Shown here piece after piece: positions 61,876 to 64,000 of a DNA stretch of 64,000 bases (its first letter is position 1; the number at the start of each line of letters is the position of its first letter). The stretch spans positions 4,650,001 to 4,714,000 of the forward strand of contig CM059432.1 in the NCBI GenBank assembly GCA_030390025.1. The letters run 5' to 3'. The translations under genes were made by a program, and so were the position numbers. The notes beneath the pieces are model-generated. The model searched no databases and was not told the DNA's origin. It was given only the letters and a program-made list of their open reading frames with translations. This DNA comes from Squalus acanthias. Taxonomy: Eukaryota.

Positions 61876-62690
61876 TTTTAAAAAAAGGAGTAGGCCATTC
61901 GGCCTCTCGAGCCTGTTCCACCATTCAGAAAGATCGTGGAGGATCTTCTACCGCAACTCCACAGACTGGAGAGACTTGGGGAGCGGGAGGGTGAAGTTCG
62001 ACTTGTGTGGGGACGCAAATTGAAGTCAATGGCGCTGAATATCGAACGGGAAGCATAAAGGGCAGCATAGGAACAGGAGTAGGTCATTCCGCCACTCGAG
62101 CCTGTTCCGCCATTCAAATAGATCATGGTTGATCTGTAGCTTAACTCCATTTTCCTGCCTTTGATCCATGTCCCGAGATACCCTTACCTAATAAAAATCT
62201 GTCAATCTCAGTCTTGAAAATTTCAATTGTACCAGCGTGGTAATAAGTGAGAGAGTTCTGATTTCCAGCACCCTTTGTGTGAAGAAGTGCTTCCTGACAT
62301 CACCCCTGAACGGCCTGGCTCTAATTTTTAGGCTAAAGCAGATGAGATACCACCCATTTTGCATCCCTGACCAAGTCGAATTTCACCCTCAAGGGCTCTT
62401 TAGCTTAAGAAAAGAGGCATATGAGTGGTGAACTTATAGTTCGATATGTGATAGTTTATCTGGAACATTACTTTAAGCTGAAGAGTGGGAGAAGGACAAA
62501 GGGGCACTCGTCTAAAGAGAGCTTTAGGACTGATATCAAAAGGTTACTATTCAACAATAACAACAAATTGTAATTGTACAGCGCCTTTAACGTAATAAAA
62601 CATCCCAAGACGATTAACAGGAGCATTATAAAACAAAATTTAACACCGAGCCACATAAGGAGATATTTTTGGACAGGTCATAGAGTCTTT

Positions 62691-62957
62691 GGGCTGGATT
62701 TTGTCTTGGGGTCGGGTTGGGGTCGTGTCATCCGCATTTCGTGTTATCCACCCGCCTGCAATTGGATGTGGGAGATTGATGCAATTTTCACTTAATTGGG
62801 CAATTGAGTTCCAGCCTGTGGGAACCCATGAACCAATTAGTGGTTTCAGTCTGAAAGTCGCCTCTGATGATGTCATCATTGCAGGTCAGAGACTGCCTGG
62901 TCTCAGAGATTGCCTGGCCTTTGCTGTTAGAGGACCTGGATGCAAAATGAGCAGCAT

Positions 62958-62996
<39 letters not shown>

Positions 62997-63452
62997 TTTT
63001 TTTTCCATCCAGGTCCTCCAAAGGCCCAGGCAGTCTCTGAAGACATTCAATGCAGCAGTATCAAAGGCGACTTTCAGACCTAATACTACTACTACCTTCA
63101 TCACATCTCCGTTGTAATAGTGGACCTGCAGCTGATAGTCAGCTATCCACTTGTGCTCCCGTCAGGTTTCACTGGCGTGTTTCACATCAGGCGTACTTCA
63201 TGTCAGAAAAGGGTTAAACTAGCTAAAACGTTTCAAAATGGCATTACAGAGCCAATTTAGGGCTTGTTAAGGGCTTTAATGGCCTCTCCCGCCTCTTGGA
63301 GGCGGGACGGAGTCAGGAACACCGCACACGATTTTATCAAAATTGCATAGAGGCGGGTTGGAGGCGGAATGGGTTCGGGACCCCCGAATCTGCAACTTTA
63401 ACCCCCCACACGCCTCCAAACCCGACTCCACGGGTCATTGAAAATCCAGCCC
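62691..63452 (-). mobile_element. Non-autonomous Harbinger derivative, same family as 34351-38575
   Basis: TIR GGGCTGGATTTT/AAAATCCAGCCC, imperfect TSD TTT/ATA, internal (AG)n. Confidence 0.9.
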
Positions 63453-63906
63453 ATAGAGTCACAGAGTCATAACGGCACAGAAGGAGACCATTCGGCCCAT
63501 CAAGTCCGTGCTGGCTCTCTCTAGAGCAATCCAGTCAGTCCATTCCCCCGCTCTATCCCCGTAGCCCTGCAAGTTTATTTCCCTCAAGTGCCTATCCAGT
63601 CTCCCCTTGAAAACATTGAGTGTCTCCGCTTCCACCACTTCCGTCAGCAGCTAGTTCCAGGTCCTCACCACTCGCTGCGTAAAACAGTTTTTCCTCACAT
63701 CCCCCCTGTATCTCTTGCCAAAACCTCAAATCTGTGTCCCCTAATCCTTGTACCATCAACTAGTGGGAACAGCCTTTCCCCGTCTAGCCTATCCAAACCC
63801 GTCATAATCTTGTACACCTCGATCAAATCACCCCTCAACCTCCTTTGCTCTGATGAAAACAAATCCAGCTTCTCCAACCTGTCCTTGTAGCTAAGATCCA
63901 CCATCC
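63453..63906 (-). mobile_element. CR1 3' fragment nested in an L2 3' end
   Basis: RRLRGDLIEVYKIM; L2 3' UTR on both sides. Confidence 0.85.
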
Positions 63907-64000
63907 AAAATCTTGATCAAAGAGGTAGGTTTTAAGGAGCGTCTTAAAGGAGGAGAGAGAGGCGGAGAGGTTTAGGGAGGGAATTCCAGAGTGTAGGACC

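Overview
This window is repeat-dense vertebrate DNA with no supportable host protein-coding gene. The repeat repertoire (CR1 LINEs with microsatellite tails, DeuSINE-type tRNA SINEs, L2, RTE, Penelope, Harbinger) suggests a cartilaginous fish; that assignment is inference. The first 18 kb hold two divergent but related endogenous retroviruses facing each other. ERV-A (1-~3732, +) is represented by env and the 3' LTR. ERV-B (6232-17837, -) has both LTRs, a 5-bp TSD, a tRNA-Ser PBS and PR-RT-tether-RNaseH-IN-env. Both Envs are long, cysteine-rich and furin-cleaved, lack the gamma-type CX6CC/ISD signature, and look like the Mononegavirales-F-like Env of lokiretroviruses. ERV-B sits in an RTE LINE that shows a twin-priming-type 5' inversion. 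It carries five nested insertions, a 1.7-kb pol tandem duplication and two deletions, although its LTRs differ by only about 2%. The rest of the window has a near-complete two-gene PIF/Harbinger transposon with derived MITEs sharing a GAGTC-ATW-GAGT target, and three solo LTRs. It also has a long decayed L2, many CR1 fragments, and two Penelope families whose termini carry covarying minimal hammerhead ribozymes, including 210-250 bp fold-back inserts with 12-14 bp TSDs. All boundaries were read by eye; fragment ends without a TSD are approximate.
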